The notes beneath the pieces are model-generated. The model ran no database searches and was not told where the DNA came from. It saw nothing but the letters and a program-made list of their open reading frames with translations. Positions 63,450 to 64,000 of a DNA stretch of 64,000 bases are shown in pieces (the first letter of the stretch is position 1; the number at the start of each line of letters is the position of its first letter). The stretch covers positions 68,510,001-68,574,000 of the forward strand of contig NC_043006.1 of the NCBI RefSeq assembly GCF_006345805.1, in the 5' to 3' direction. Origin of the DNA: Octopus sinensis. Taxonomy: Eukaryota. Both the position numbers and the translations under genes were made by a program.

Positions 63450-64000
63450 AGAATGTGGCACATAAAAACACCATCCGAAGACCCGGCAAGACTAGTCAGG
63501 CCATAACCCGTGGCCCCTACCTGGGACGTAGTCAGTCCACCTGTGCATACCTTCCTTCTTGTGACACTTGTGAAGACCTGTTGAGGCAAGTGAAAATCAA
63601 AACAAATCAAAATAGATGAACATCAATGGAATTTGTATCTTTGTGGTACCAGTGCCGGTGGCACACAAGAAAACCATCCAAACGTGGCCGTAGCCAGTAC
63701 TGCATCGACTGGCCTCCGTGCTGTGGGCACGTAACAAACACCATCCGATCGTGGCCATTCGCCAGCCTCATCTGGCACCTGTGTCGGTGGCACATAAAAA
63801 CACCATCCGAGCGTGGCCGTCTGCCAGCCTCGTCTGGCACCTGTGTCGGTGGCACATAAAAAACACCATCCGAGCGTGCTGTGTCGGTGGTACATAAAAA
63901 ACACTATCCGAGCATGGCCGTTCGCCAGCCTCGTCTGGCACCTGTGTCGGTGGCACATAAAATCACCCACTACACTCTTGGAGTGGTTGGCGTTAGGAAG
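63450..64000 (+). mobile_element. long family C copy with internal ~60-bp tandem modules, running off the window end
   Basis: TGTGAAGACCTGTTGAGGCAAGTGAA matches the reverse complement of about 38420-38450; (ACCATCCGAGCGTGGCC..TGTGTCGGTGGCACATAAAA)n; ends CACCCACTACACTCTTGGAGTGGTTGGCGTTAGGAAG. Confidence 0.88.

Noticed and set aside
63640-63965. CRISPR-like appearance of regular ~60-bp repeats (also 12.2, 27, 46.3 and 50 kb)
   Set aside because: Units are contiguous or have homologous spacers; eukaryotic context; no cas genes

Overview
AT-rich (CpG-depleted) eukaryotic DNA, very dense in microsatellites and retroposons. The repeat landscape looks like an octopus (coleoid cephalopod) genome; this is inferred from pattern recognition, not a database hit. 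There is no intact long protein-coding ORF: the ORF-track entries I could interpret are mostly translated microsatellites or decayed transposon fragments. The best-supported content is (i) a Ty3/Gypsy (K02A2.6/Mag-like) LTR element at 297-3660 with both LTRs, PBS, PPT and a 5-bp TSD but no RT/RNase H, carrying a nested SINE; (ii) RTE, Penelope, R4/Dong-like and HERO-like LINE remnants; (iii) several SINE families in many copies; (iv) hAT-, Tc1/mariner- and piggyBac-type MITEs and a ~365-bp palindrome; (v) minisatellites and a near-identical ~607-bp tandem duplication. Scattered splice-site-bounded segments, mostly on the minus strand, suggest the window may be introns of a large minus-strand gene, but no protein could be identified. 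The most interesting signals are: two ~200-bp elements carrying minimal Penelope-type hammerhead ribozyme motifs, one ~230 nt upstream of an AG|GTGAGT recursive-splice-like exon; perfect fold-back hairpins at the 5' junctions of truncated retroposons; a (TAA)n hotspot with several R4/Dong 3' ends; a miRNA-like hairpin; and a tandem array whose spacers keep hairpins with different stem sequences. Most repeat boundaries are approximate (hand-read).
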